DNA from: Sporomusaceae bacterium
GTDB lineage: Bacteria > Bacillota > Negativicutes > Acidaminococcales > JAJUGR01
Assembly (NCBI GenBank): GCA_029265905.1
Contig: JAJUGR010000005.1
Location: 2,553 to 66,552 of the forward strand
DNA: 64,000 nt
Direction of reading: 5' to 3'
Below, one piece after another: positions 43,591 to 53,474 of the stretch (positions are counted from its first letter, which is position 1; each line of letters begins with the position of its first letter). The notes beneath the pieces are model-generated. The model saw only the letters and a program-made list of their open reading frames with translations. It searched no databases and was not told the DNA's origin. The position numbers and the translations under genes were made by a program.

Positions 43591-43670
43591 CCCGGCGTTA
43601 TTGGCGCGTGAACTATGCCGACGCCGTGTTATAATAAAAGCAATATGAGACAGAAAAAGTGAGGAAGACA

Positions 43671-46600
43671 ATGGCTGCCGTTCCTTTTGTGCATCTGCAC
43701 GTCCATACCGAATATAGCTTGCTCGACGGAGCCAGCAAGATCAAGCCGCTAATCGCGCGGGCCAAAGAATTGGGCATGCCCGCCTTGGCCATCACCGACC
43801 ATGGCTGCATGTATGGCGTGGTTGAGTTTTACAAAGAGGCGAAAAAAGCGGGCATCAAGCCGATTATCGGTTGCGAGGTCTACCTGGCCCGGGAGTCGCG
43901 TTTTAGCAAGCAGGGGCCGGAGCGAGACGGCGCGTTTCACCTTGTGCTGCTTGCCCAAAACTTGACCGGCTATCGAAATTTGGTCAAGTTGGTTTCCGCC
44001 GGCTATCTGGAGGGGTTTTACTACAAGCCGCGGATTGACAAAGAGCTGCTGCGCGAGCACGCCGAAGGCTTGATTTGCCTGTCGGCCTGCTTGGGCGGAG
44101 AAATACCGTCGCTGCTTATGGCGGGAGATGATGAAGCGGCCGCGCAAGCCGTGGAATCATTTTTGACGATTTTCGACAAGGACCATTTCTACCTGGAACT
44201 GCAGGATCACAGCCTGCCGGAGCAAAAGCCGGTGAATCAGAAACTGCTGGCATTGGCCGCGCGTTATGGCTTGGGCCTGGTGGCCACGAACGACCTGCAC
44301 TACATCAACCGAGGCGATGCGGAAGCGCAGGATATCCTGCTGTGCATTCAAACCGGCAAGACGGTCGACGCGATTGACCGCATGCGCTTTCCGACCGAAG
44401 AGTTTTACCTGAAGTCCGGCGAGGAAATGGCGCAATTGTTTCTTGCTTGCCCGGAAGCAATCGCCAACACCATTGCGATTGCCGAGCGCTGCACCTTTGA
44501 ATTGCCGATGGGGGAATTGCAACTGCCGTCGTGTGCCGTTCCGGAAGGCGAAACGCCGGCCACCTACCTGATGCGCTTGTGCGAGGGGGCCATGGCGGAG
44601 CGCTATGGAACCGCAACCGAAGAAGCAAAAGCCCGCCTCGCCTATGAGCTTGGCGTCATTGCCCAGATGGGCTACGAGAGCTATTTTCTGATCGTCTGGG
44701 ATTTTGTTCATTATGCAAAAAAACAGGGGATTCCCGTCGGCCCCGGCCGCGGGTCTGCTGCCGGCAGCATTGTCGCTTACTTGCTGGGAATCACCGACAT
44801 TGACCCGTTGGAATACGGCCTGCTGTTCGAGCGGTTTTTAAACCCGGAACGGGTCAGCATGCCTGATATCGACATCGACTTTTGTTATGAGCGGCGGCAG
44901 CAGGTGTTTGATTACCTGGTCGCGCATTACGGACAGGACCGCGTCGGTCAAATCATTACCTTTGGGACGTTGGCGGCCAGGGCGGCGATTCGGGACGTGG
45001 GCAGGGCCCTCAACATGCCCTACGGCGATGTTGACCGGGTGGCGAAACTGGTGCCCGAGGAGCTGGGCATCACGCTGGAGAAGGCCTTGTCAGGCAGCCG
45101 CGATTTTCGGGCGGCCTATGAAGCCGAAGAGGCAGTCAAGAAATTGGTCGATCTGGCTCGGGCCGTGGAAGGCACGCCGCGCCACGCCTCCACACATGCG
45201 GCTGGGGTCGTGATTGCGCCCCGGCCCTTAACGGAGTACGTGCCGCTGCAATTGTCGGCCGATGGCTTTGTCACCACGCAGTTCGACAAGGACCGGATAG
45301 AAGAGATCGGCCTGTTGAAAATGGATCTATTGGGGCTGCGCACCCTGACCGTCATTGGCGACGCCCTTCAGTTGATCAAAGAACAGCACGGCGTAGACAT
45401 CGACTTGGCCAAGATTCCGCTCGCGGATGAAAAGACGTGCCGGATGCTGGCGCGGGGCGAGACGCCCGGCGTATTCCAGGTGGAATCGGCCGGCATGACG
45501 CAACTGGTCAAGGATCTGGCCCCTGAGTCATTCAGCGACATGATCCCCCTGGTTGCGCTTTATCGTCCTGGTCCGCTGGGGACGGGAATGGTGGAGGATT
45601 TTATTGCCGGCCGGCGCGGCAAAAAAGGCTTGCATCATTTGCATCCCGCCCTGGCGCCGCTTTTGGAGGACACCTTCGGCGTTGTCCTGTATCAGGAGCA
45701 GGTCATGCAGATTGCTTCCCGGTTGGCCGGCTTCACCTTGGGGCAGGCCGATTTGCTTCGCCGCGCCATGGGCAAAAAAAAGCCGGAAGCGCTGGCGGCC
45801 CAACGCCAAAATTTCATTGACGGCGCTAAGGAACGCGGTATCGGCGCGTCGGATGCTGAGGAGATTTTTGCCCTCCTGGAGCATTTTGCCGGCTACGGGT
45901 TTAATAAGTCGCACAGCGCGGCGTATGCGCTGGTTGCGTATCAAACCGCTTATCTGAAAGCCCATTATCCCGTCGAGTACATGGCGGCGCTGCTGACAAG
46001 CGTCATGGGCGCCAGTGAAAAAATGAGCGGCTATATCGATGTGTGCCGGAAAATGGGTATCGCCGTGTTGCCGCCCGACATCAATGTGAGCCGGCGCTCC
46101 TTCACCGTCAAGGAAGGGGCGATCCGCTTCGGCCTTGCCGGCGTGAAAAATGTCGGTGACGGCGCGATAGAGGCGATTATGGCGGCACGCCAGGCTGGCG
46201 GGCCATTTTCGTCGTTGTATGAATTTTGCACGCGCGTTGACATGCGCGTACTGAATAAGCGCGTCCTAGAAAGCCTGATCAAGGCCGGCGCGATGGATTC
46301 GTTAGGCGCGAACCGCGCGCAGTTGCTGGCGGTTTTGGAGCAGGCGGTAGAGGCGGCGCAGCGTTGCCAGCGGGACAAGGACTGCGGTCAGTTGGGCCTG
46401 TTTGACGACGAGCCGGAATTGGTGACGGGCATAACCTTGCCGGACATCGCTGAATTGCCGATCGAGCAGCTTTTGGCGATGGAAAAGGAAATGACCGGCT
46501 TTTATGTGACGGGTCATCCGCTGGACCCGTTCCGACCCCGCCTGGCGGCGCTGACGCCGATCGCCTTGCTGCTGGAAGAAGGCAAGGACGGGGCGAGAGT

Positions 46601-47072
46601 CAGAACCGGCGGCATGGTCAGCATGGTGAAACGCATGGTGACGAAAAAGGGCGACAGCATGTGCTTCATGACACTGGAGGATTTTACCAGTCGGTTGGAG
46701 GTAGTTGTCTTTCCCAAAGTGTTTTATCAGCACAACCGGCTGTTGATGGAAGGGCAAGTGCTGGAAGTGCGCGGGCGTTTGTCGGTCAATGAAGAAGAAG
46801 TGAAATTGCTGGCCGATGACATCCGGACGCTGAATCAAACCGGCGAGGAACTGCGGCTTGTGTTGCGCAAAGAGCAGGAATGCCCCGAGGTTTATGCCGG
46901 TTTGAAGGAGATTTTCAGCCGGTACAAAGGGCGGCAGGTCGTTTACCTGGATTTGGTTGATTCGGGGCGGGTTATCAAGACCGAACCCCGTTACTGGATG
47001 GATTTGTCGCATCCGGATGCCGTGCGCGACTTAGGCGCGCTGCTTGGGCCGGAGGCGGTAAAACTTGTTTAG
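43671..47072 (+). CDS. dnaE: DNA polymerase III alpha subunit (DnaE type)
   Basis: MAAVPFVHLHVHTEYSLLDG (PHP domain), then ..GRGSAAGS..PDIDIDF.. and an OB-fold C-terminus. RBS GTGAGGAAG and an extended -10 TGtTATAAT (43627-43635) lie upstream. Confidence 0.95.
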   Translation: MAAVPFVHLHVHTEYSLLDGASKIKPLIARAKELGMPALAITDHGCMYGVVEFYKEAKKAGIKPIIGCEVYLARESRFSKQGPERDGAFHLVLLAQNLTGYRNLVKLVSAGYLEGFYYKPRIDKELLREHAEGLICLSACLGGEIPSLLMAGDDEAAAQAVESFLTIFDKDHFYLELQDHSLPEQKPVNQKLLALAARYGLGLVATNDLHYINRGDAEAQDILLCIQTGKTVDAIDRMRFPTEEFYLKSGEEMAQLFLACPEAIANTIAIAERCTFELPMGELQLPSCAVPEGETPATYLMRLCEGAMAERYGTATEEAKARLAYELGVIAQMGYESYFLIVWDFVHYAKKQGIPVGPGRGSAAGSIVAYLLGITDIDPLEYGLLFERFLNPERVSMPDIDIDFCYERRQQVFDYLVAHYGQDRVGQIITFGTLAARAAIRDVGRALNMPYGDVDRVAKLVPEELGITLEKALSGSRDFRAAYEAEEAVKKLVDLARAVEGTPRHASTHAAGVVIAPRPLTEYVPLQLSADGFVTTQFDKDRIEEIGLLKMDLLGLRTLTVIGDALQLIKEQHGVDIDLAKIPLADEKTCRMLARGETPGVFQVESAGMTQLVKDLAPESFSDMIPLVALYRPGPLGTGMVEDFIAGRRGKKGLHHLHPALAPLLEDTFGVVLYQEQVMQIASRLAGFTLGQADLLRRAMGKKKPEALAAQRQNFIDGAKERGIGASDAEEIFALLEHFAGYGFNKSHSAAYALVAYQTAYLKAHYPVEYMAALLTSVMGASEKMSGYIDVCRKMGIAVLPPDINVSRRSFTVKEGAIRFGLAGVKNVGDGAIEAIMAARQAGGPFSSLYEFCTRVDMRVLNKRVLESLIKAGAMDSLGANRAQLLAVLEQAVEAAQRCQRDKDCGQLGLFDDEPELVTGITLPDIAELPIEQLLAMEKEMTGFYVTGHPLDPFRPRLAALTPIALLLEEGKDGARVRTGGMVSMVKRMVTKKGDSMCFMTLEDFTSRLEVVVFPKVFYQHNRLLMEGQVLEVRGRLSVNEEEVKLLADDIRTLNQTGEELRLVLRKEQECPEVYAGLKEIFSRYKGRQVVYLDLVDSGRVIKTEPRYWMDLSHPDAVRDLGALLGPEAVKLV

Positions 47073-47155
47073 CGATTCCCGCGCTTGTCGCGCGCGCAAC
47101 AGGAGTGATAGAATAAATTGACGCTATTACATGCGGCATACAGGGAGGCTATTGG

Positions 47156-47947
47156 ATGAATATCGTAGTATGCGTAAAGCAGGTTCCGGATACGGCGGAA
47201 GTGCGCATTGATCCGGTGACGAATACGCTGGTCCGGCAGGGTGTGCCAAGCATTATGAACCCCTTTGACAAGCAGGCGCTCGAAGCCGCATTGGCGTTGA
47301 AAGATGCCAACGGCGGCAAGGTGACCGTCCTTTCCATGGGGCCGCAGCAGGCGGCGGAAGTGCTGAGGGAAGCTGTCGCCATGGGGGCGGACGAAGCCGT
47401 GCTGCTCAGCGATCGCGCGTTTGCCGGGGCTGATACGCTGGCGACAAGCTACACGTTGTCCAAGGCGATTGAAAAGTTGGCGCCCGTCGATCTCGTGCTA
47501 TGCGGGAAACAGGCGATTGACGGCGATACGGCGCAAGTGGGGCCGGAAATTGCCGCGCATCTCGGCTGGGGGCAGGTGACCTATGCGCTTTCGATCAAAA
47601 AAGAAAATGATGCAATTCGAATCGAGCGAGAGCATGAAGATTGCCTTCAGGTGATCACTGGCGCTTTGCCGTTGGTCATCACGGTGACGCGTGCTGAGCA
47701 AGAGCCGCGCTTTGCCAGCATCAGAGGAAAAATGAAGGCCAATCGGATGGCGATTCCTACCTGGACCGCGGACGATCTGGCTGTCGATGGCGCCAAAATC
47801 GGTTTAATCGGTTCGCCGACGCAAGTAAGCCGCATTTTTTCACCTGCGCATCCGCAAGCAAAAGGAGAAGTCTTAGCCGATCTGAGCGCAGCGGAAGCAG
47901 CCAAAGCGCTGGTCGCTAAATTGACAGCAGCAAAAATCGTTGGATGA
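47156..47947 (+). CDS. etfB: Electron transfer flavoprotein beta subunit
   Basis: 263 aa. MNIVVCVKQVPDTAEVRIDP.. is the classic EtfB N-terminus. Confidence 0.9.
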   Translation: MNIVVCVKQVPDTAEVRIDPVTNTLVRQGVPSIMNPFDKQALEAALALKDANGGKVTVLSMGPQQAAEVLREAVAMGADEAVLLSDRAFAGADTLATSYTLSKAIEKLAPVDLVLCGKQAIDGDTAQVGPEIAAHLGWGQVTYALSIKKENDAIRIEREHEDCLQVITGALPLVITVTRAEQEPRFASIRGKMKANRMAIPTWTADDLAVDGAKIGLIGSPTQVSRIFSPAHPQAKGEVLADLSAAEAAKALVAKLTAAKIVG

Positions 47948-47959
47948 GGTGGGGTTAAG

Positions 47960-49165
47960 ATGGCGATAATTATCGACAAGGCGACCTGTATCGGCTGCGG
48001 CAACTGCTTGCCGATTTGCCCGGTCGGGGCCATTGCATTAGAGGATGATGGGAAGGCTTCGATCAGCGAAGCCTGCGTTATGTGCGGCGCCTGCATCGGC
48101 GAGTGCCCGGTAGCAGCTATCAGCCGCGAGGCGACCGGAGAAGCAAAGCCAGCGTGTGATTTAACGCAGTGGCGGGACGTGTGGGTTTTTGCCGAGCAGC
48201 AGCACGGGGCGGTTCGCGCGGTCGCGTTCGAACTGCTGGGGGTTGCGCGCAGGCTGGCGGACGATCTGGGACAGCGCTGCTGCGCTGTTTTGTTCGGCTC
48301 GCAATTGGACGATGCACAGGCGCAATCCCTCGTTGAGGCGGGGGCGGACGTTGTTTACGTCGTTGACCAGCCCGTGCTGAAGGTGTACCAGACCGATCCG
48401 TACGCAGAAGCGCTGTGCCGCTTGGCGCGTGAGAAAAAGCCTAATGCGATTTTGATTGGCGCGACTGCTGATGGCCGCGACCTGGCGCCGCGCGTAGCAT
48501 GCGAGCTCAACACGGGCTTGTGTGCCGATTGTACGGAACTTGGCGTGAGCGGTGCTTCACAGCTGGTGGAGTGGACCCGGCCGGCTTTTGGCGGCAACAT
48601 TATGGCAACTATTTTATGCCCGCAGCATCGGCCGCAGATGGGCACTGTCCGACCGAACCTGTTTCGAAGGCCGGAGCGGCAGCCCGGCCGCGCTGGTATT
48701 ATTGAAAAAGTGCATTTGCCTGACTTGGCGCCATCCCGCACGCTTCTCGAAGCGGTCGTGGCCGTCTGCGGCGAAGCTTGCCGCATTGAGGAGGCGGCGG
48801 TCATCTGCGCCGGCGGGCGGGGGATGGGCTGCGTCGAAAATTTTGCGCTTCTTCATGAGCTGGCTGATCTGCTCGGCGGGGCGGTGGCCGGATCACGGGC
48901 CGTGACCGATGTGGGCTGGCTGCCGCATCAGCAGCAGGTTGGCCAGTCGGGAAAAACGGTTTCCCCGCGGCTCTATTTTGCCTGCGGCATCTCGGGTGCT
49001 GTACAGCATTTGGCCGGAATGAGCGGGTCGGAGACGATTATCGCTATTAACAAAGACCCGGCTGCGCCAATTTTTAAAGCGGCCACTTACGGCATAGTGG
49101 GAGATGTTCGGGAAGTGTTGCCGCATTTGATCTTAGAAATTAAAAAAGCCAAGGGATTGGCGTAG
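47960..49165 (+). CDS. etfA: Electron transfer flavoprotein alpha subunit with an N-terminal 2x[4Fe-4S] ferredoxin domain
   Basis: 401 aa. CIGCGNCLPICP and CVMCGACIGECP motifs lie in the first approximately 60 aa, followed by the EtfA core (..AGGRGMG..QVGQSGKTVSPRLYFACGISGAVQH..). Confidence 0.9.
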   Translation: MAIIIDKATCIGCGNCLPICPVGAIALEDDGKASISEACVMCGACIGECPVAAISREATGEAKPACDLTQWRDVWVFAEQQHGAVRAVAFELLGVARRLADDLGQRCCAVLFGSQLDDAQAQSLVEAGADVVYVVDQPVLKVYQTDPYAEALCRLAREKKPNAILIGATADGRDLAPRVACELNTGLCADCTELGVSGASQLVEWTRPAFGGNIMATILCPQHRPQMGTVRPNLFRRPERQPGRAGIIEKVHLPDLAPSRTLLEAVVAVCGEACRIEEAAVICAGGRGMGCVENFALLHELADLLGGAVAGSRAVTDVGWLPHQQQVGQSGKTVSPRLYFACGISGAVQHLAGMSGSETIIAINKDPAAPIFKAATYGIVGDVREVLPHLILEIKKAKGLA

Positions 49166-49208
49166 TCGGCTTGCATAAAAATGCTGCGACTGGAAGGGGG
49201 AGAGCGAT

Positions 49209-49406
49209 ATGTGGAAGGTTGTACACATTGCACCGAACCACGCACAGGCGGAAACACTGAAAAGCACGTTGGAGGGCGAAGGTTTTCTGGCTAAGATTAG
49301 GCCGGTGCGATCTGCCGCGCAAGGGGATGGCAATTACGAAATTTTGGTGCCGGATTCTGAAGTGTATGAAGCCTATGAGGTATTGTGCGAGCAACGAATT
49401 AAATAA
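49209..49406 (+). CDS. Small hypothetical protein (DUF2007-like alpha/beta fold is a guess)
   Basis: 65 aa. A strong RBS, AAGGGGGAG, lies 8 nt before the ATG, and the ORF is wedged between etfA and pyk on the same strand. The family assignment is tentative. Confidence 0.55.
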   Translation: MWKVVHIAPNHAQAETLKSTLEGEGFLAKIRPVRSAAQGDGNYEILVPDSEVYEAYEVLCEQRIK

Positions 49407-49429
49407 TCTGAAGTGAGGGATGTGCGCTG

Positions 49430-51181
49430 ATGAAAAAAACAAAGATCATAGCAACTGTTGGACCAAGCACTGACAAAGCCGGCGTACTGAACAAGATGAT
49501 GGCCGCCGGGCTGAACGTGGCGCGCTTTAATTTTTCGCACGGCAGCCATGAGGATCATGCCCGACGCATTGCCATGGTGCGGAATGCCGCGCGGGAGACA
49601 GGCGTTTCATTAGCGCTGCTGGCGGATACCAAAGGTCCGGAGATGCGGCTGGGAATGTTTCCGCAAGGTAAAGTAGAGTTGGTTGCCGGGCAGACGTTTG
49701 TGCTCACAACGCAGTTGGTGGACGGTGACGTCCAGCAGGCATCCGTCAATTATAGCGGATTGGCCAAGGATGTTGCGCCGGGCATGCAAATATTGCTGGC
49801 GGATGGCTTGATTTGCCTGCGGGTTGACAGCGTTGAGGGCGAGCGGATCGTCACCACGGTTTTAAACAGCGGCGTAATCAGTTCGCGCAAGCGGGTGGCG
49901 GTGCCTGGCGCAGCGTTGAACCTGCCGTTTTTGTCGGAAACAGACGTGGTTGACCTGAGATTCGCTGTTCAGCAGAACATGGATTTTGTTGCTGCTTCGT
50001 TTGTGCAGCGTGCCGCTGACGTATTGGCGATTCGCAAGGTGCTTGAGGATGCCGGCAGCGACATGGGGATTATAGCTAAAATTGAAAACGCCGAAGGCGT
50101 GCGCAACATCAATGAGATCATCCAAGTTGCCGACGGCGTCATGGTCGCCAGAGGCGACCTGGGGGTTGAAATTCCCACTGAAGAAGTTCCCATTGTGCAA
50201 AAGGATATCATTCAGCGCTGCAACTTCGCCGGCAAGCCGGTTATCACCGCTACGCAAATGCTGGAAAGCATGGTCTCGAATCCGCGTCCGACGCGGGCTG
50301 AGGCCAGCGATGTGGCTAATGCCATCTTTGACGGAACCGATGCAATCATGCTGAGCGGTGAAACTGCATCGGGAGACTACCCGGTTGAAGCGGTAGAAAT
50401 GATGGCGACGATTGCCAAGCGGACGGAGGCGGCGCTCCGTTACAAGGAAATGCTGGCGGTGAAAGGCAGTTCTGTTCAAGAGACGACAACCGACGCGATC
50501 AGCCATGCGACGGCGCAAATCGCGCTGGATTTGGGAGCCGCGGCGATTGTTGTGATGACGGAGACCGGCTATACAGCCCGCATGGTTTCGAAGTATCGCC
50601 CGAAAGCGATTATTGCCGCGGTCACTCCGCACGAGAAGACGGCTCGGCGGATGCAGCTGTTCTGGGGCGTGCAAGTGGCGCTCGGACCACAGGCGAAGGA
50701 CTCAGACGCCTTGGTACAGGCGTCGGTTGAACGCACGCAAGCGGCGGGGATCGTCAAGGAAGGCGATTTGGTGGTCATCACAGCCGGCTTGCCGGTTGGT
50801 ACCGGTGGAACAACCAATATGATTCGCGTTCACGTCGTGGGCCGCATTTTGATGCGCGGCATGGGCATCGGCAATCGATCCATAACCGGGCGGGTTTGCG
50901 TCATTAAAAACCCTGATGATTTCGAAAAACTCTTCAGGGCAGGCGATGTTTTGGTCATGCCGAGCCTGGATGAGTCCGTTACGCGGCACGCTGTGCAGGC
51001 GGGGGCGATCGTGACGGAAGAAGGCGGGCTGACATCGCCCGCGGCCATCCTGGGCGTTAGCTTCGGCATTCCTGTCGTTGTCGGCGTCGAGGATGCGACG
51101 AGTAAGCTGCAGTCCGGCGCCACGGTCACCGTTGAAGCGCAGCGCGGTTTGATTTATCAAGGTGAAATTAATGCCAAATAA
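49430..51181 (+). CDS. pyk: Pyruvate kinase with a C-terminal PEP-utiliser (swivel) domain
   Basis: 583 aa. MKKTKIIATVGPS..NFSHG..MVARGDLGVEIP.., plus an approximately 100-aa C-terminal extension containing EEGGLTSPAAILG. Confidence 0.95.
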   Translation: MKKTKIIATVGPSTDKAGVLNKMMAAGLNVARFNFSHGSHEDHARRIAMVRNAARETGVSLALLADTKGPEMRLGMFPQGKVELVAGQTFVLTTQLVDGDVQQASVNYSGLAKDVAPGMQILLADGLICLRVDSVEGERIVTTVLNSGVISSRKRVAVPGAALNLPFLSETDVVDLRFAVQQNMDFVAASFVQRAADVLAIRKVLEDAGSDMGIIAKIENAEGVRNINEIIQVADGVMVARGDLGVEIPTEEVPIVQKDIIQRCNFAGKPVITATQMLESMVSNPRPTRAEASDVANAIFDGTDAIMLSGETASGDYPVEAVEMMATIAKRTEAALRYKEMLAVKGSSVQETTTDAISHATAQIALDLGAAAIVVMTETGYTARMVSKYRPKAIIAAVTPHEKTARRMQLFWGVQVALGPQAKDSDALVQASVERTQAAGIVKEGDLVVITAGLPVGTGGTTNMIRVHVVGRILMRGMGIGNRSITGRVCVIKNPDDFEKLFRAGDVLVMPSLDESVTRHAVQAGAIVTEEGGLTSPAAILGVSFGIPVVVGVEDATSKLQSGATVTVEAQRGLIYQGEINAK

Positions 51182-51199
51182 ATAGCCTGACAATGAGCA

Positions 51200-51234
51200 A
51201 GGCCGCTGGTTTCAAGCGTGAAATCCAGCGGCCT
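51200..51234. terminator. Hairpin between the convergent pyk and acyltransferase genes
   Basis: aggccgctgg/ccagcggcct forms a 10-bp stem with a 15-nt loop. The flanking T-runs are weak. Confidence 0.55.
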
Positions 51235-51237
51235 CGT

Positions 51238-52347
51238 TTATTTCTTGCCTAAGAGGAGCCTGCCAAGCAGTCTGCCGCCGAGCGGGAAGCGAGAAAGCTT
51301 ATCGATTGCAATCGCCGACAAAAGCGATAGGATGGCTGTGCCGGCATAAATCCATAGGGTGACTGAGTTGGAGAAGGGCAGGCTGTTGGCGCTGCGCCAG
51401 GCGTTCAAGGCAGTGAGCAGGAGCGGATGGATCAGGTAGACGCAGTAGGAATGTCCGGACAAGTACGTCAGAAGCCGTTTCAGCCATTCTGGAAGCCTCG
51501 AGGGGGCGAGCAGATAGTAGAGCAGGAGTGTTGCTGCGAGAAAAAAGGTGAAGCCCGGCAGGCTAAGCTGCTGCAAGGTGTTGACGGCGGTTTCGAGGCT
51601 GGAGCCCTTCGCCAGCAAGGCGTAATACTCGTGCGCAAGCCAGGCGGCGGCCGCGGCGAAAAAGGCGGTCAGCAAGAGGCGATGCCGGCCCAACGTGCGG
51701 TTCCACTGGGCCCGCCGCGTGGCGGCGAACGCACCTAGAAAAAAGGGAAACAGGTAATGCAGGGGCCAGGTGTGCAGCCGGTAGTAGAAGAACGGCTGCC
51801 AAAAAGGGCTGACAGCCAGATGGTCCAGCATTTGCGTTGAGTACTGGTTAAAAAAGAGCTGTGCCGGGAACAGCAGCACGAGCGCGGGGACGACGATTTT
51901 GTCAGAAAAGGAAAAGCAGAAACGCCAGACGGGGAAAAAGAAATAAAACCAAAGCAAGATGACCATGAAGTAAAGATGATAGGCGCCGATTCCGAAGAAC
52001 AGCAAGCGATGAAGGGATGACAAGAGCTCGTCCGTGTCGACAATCGGCGGTATCGCTACTATGTAAAACAAGGACCAGACGAGATACGGAACTAATACAG
52101 CTTGCATGCGGCGCTTGTAATAAGCGGCGTACGAAAGCGGCTTAGTCAACGGATGGCTGGAAAACAAGCCGAAGGCGCTGACAAAAAAGAAAAGCGGGAC
52201 GCAAAAACGCGAGAAGATTTCAAGAAAAAGGAACAGGTGCGGGCTTAAGGCCGGTTCGGACAAGGCTTCCGCCCCTACGTGGATGGCGATAACGCCGAAC
52301 ATGGCCAGGCCGCGCATGTATTCGATGTTGTGCACACGATTCGTCAT
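51238..52347 (-). CDS. Acyltransferase family 3 integral membrane protein
   Basis: MTNRVHNIEYMRGLAMFGVIAIHV.. is a typical acyltransferase-3 N-terminus, with about 10 TM helices. The ATG at 52347 is 7 nt after AAAGGAAA. Confidence 0.75.
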   Translation of the reverse strand: MTNRVHNIEYMRGLAMFGVIAIHVGAEALSEPALSPHLFLFLEIFSRFCVPLFFFVSAFGLFSSHPLTKPLSYAAYYKRRMQAVLVPYLVWSLFYIVAIPPIVDTDELLSSLHRLLFFGIGAYHLYFMVILLWFYFFFPVWRFCFSFSDKIVVPALVLLFPAQLFFNQYSTQMLDHLAVSPFWQPFFYYRLHTWPLHYLFPFFLGAFAATRRAQWNRTLGRHRLLLTAFFAAAAAWLAHEYYALLAKGSSLETAVNTLQQLSLPGFTFFLAATLLLYYLLAPSRLPEWLKRLLTYLSGHSYCVYLIHPLLLTALNAWRSANSLPFSNSVTLWIYAGTAILSLLSAIAIDKLSRFPLGGRLLGRLLLGKK

Positions 52348-52472
52348 AATGCTGTTTCCTTTGCAATTGTTTATGCGGACGATACATGCAGATTCTTTTT
52401 GTGATATCATAGTCTTTGGATAATCCTATTATAAAAGCCTGCCGTGAACAAGCGCAAGAAGGGAGCTAGACA

Positions 52473-53339
52473 ATGTTGGAATCGATTGCGATGATTAATG
52501 GTGATTTTGTTGATGTGAATGACCCCGTCGTCACTATGGAGGACAGGGGTTATCAATTTGGCGATGGCGTTTACGAGGTGACGCACGTCTACAACGGACG
52601 CTGCTTTGCCCTTCAATGGCATATTGACCGCCTCTTCAGGTCGTTGCGGGAGCTGGCGATCCCCGGCATATATACGCCGGAGGAAATTGTGGAATTCCAT
52701 CAGGCTCTGCTGGATAAGAGCGGATTTAAAGAAGGCGGCATTTATTTGCAGATTACGCGCGGAACTGCGCCGCGCACGCATCACTTTCCCGAACAGGTGG
52801 TGCCCTGCCTGACCATGACGATGAGGCCGGGCGATCGGACGCAAGGGGAACTGATGCGCGACAAAGGGGCGAAAATCATTACCGTTCCGGACATTCGCTG
52901 GTTGCGCTGCGATATCAAGTCGCTGAATTTGCTCGGCAACGTGCTGGGCAAGCAAAAGGCGAAAGAGGCCGGCGCGTATGAAGCGGTTCAGGTCCGTGAC
53001 AACGGGACTGTCACCGAGGGGACCAGCAGCAATTTCTATCTCGTCAAAGACGATGTGCTGTGGACGCATCCGACTAACAATTTGATCCTAAACGGCGTAA
53101 CGCGGCGCATTCTGATGGAAAAAATTGCGCCTTCGCTGGGGCTGCATGTGGTAGAAAAAACGTTCACGATGGATTTTGTTAAGAAGACGGATGAAGCTTT
53201 TCTTACCAGCACGTCAATGGAGATTATGCCGGTCGTCAGCATTGACCGGGAAGCCGTGGGGGATGGCACGCCGGGCCAGGTGACGCGGAAAATCCAGGCA
53301 GCCTATCAGGCTTTGATTCAGGAAGAATGCTATCGCTGA
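52473..53339 (+). CDS. dat: D-amino-acid (D-alanine) aminotransferase, PLP fold type IV
   Basis: 288 aa. EDRGYQFGDGVYEV, DIRWLRCDIKSLNLLG and TEGTSSN blocks are near-identical in pattern to Bacillus Dat. Confidence 0.85.
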   Translation: MLESIAMINGDFVDVNDPVVTMEDRGYQFGDGVYEVTHVYNGRCFALQWHIDRLFRSLRELAIPGIYTPEEIVEFHQALLDKSGFKEGGIYLQITRGTAPRTHHFPEQVVPCLTMTMRPGDRTQGELMRDKGAKIITVPDIRWLRCDIKSLNLLGNVLGKQKAKEAGAYEAVQVRDNGTVTEGTSSNFYLVKDDVLWTHPTNNLILNGVTRRILMEKIAPSLGLHVVEKTFTMDFVKKTDEAFLTSTSMEIMPVVSIDREAVGDGTPGQVTRKIQAAYQALIQEECYR

Positions 53340-53409
53340 TTGATCGGCTGCGCGGAGGGCGGGGCAGGCAGGGCCTTCTCCGCCTTTTTTAAAAACGCAA
53401 AATTTGTTG

Positions 53410-53438
53410 TTGACAAGCTCATGGTGGGATGGTAATAT
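53410..53438 (+). promoter_or_regulatory. Sigma-70 consensus promoter for tRNA-Leu
   Basis: TTGACA (53410-53415), a 17-nt spacer, then TAATAT (53433-53438), about 36 nt upstream of the tRNA 5' end. Confidence 0.65.
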
Positions 53439-53474
53439 ACATATTGTTCGACGGCGGCAAGCCGGCGACAAGAT

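Noticed and set aside
4194-49165. A lactate-utilisation (lct-type) module formed by the LarA-family gene together with the ferredoxin-domain EtfBA.
   Set aside because: The genes are about 42 kb apart, on separate transcription units. There is no GlcD-type lactate dehydrogenase or lactate permease next to either, so the sequence gives no support for a functional cluster.
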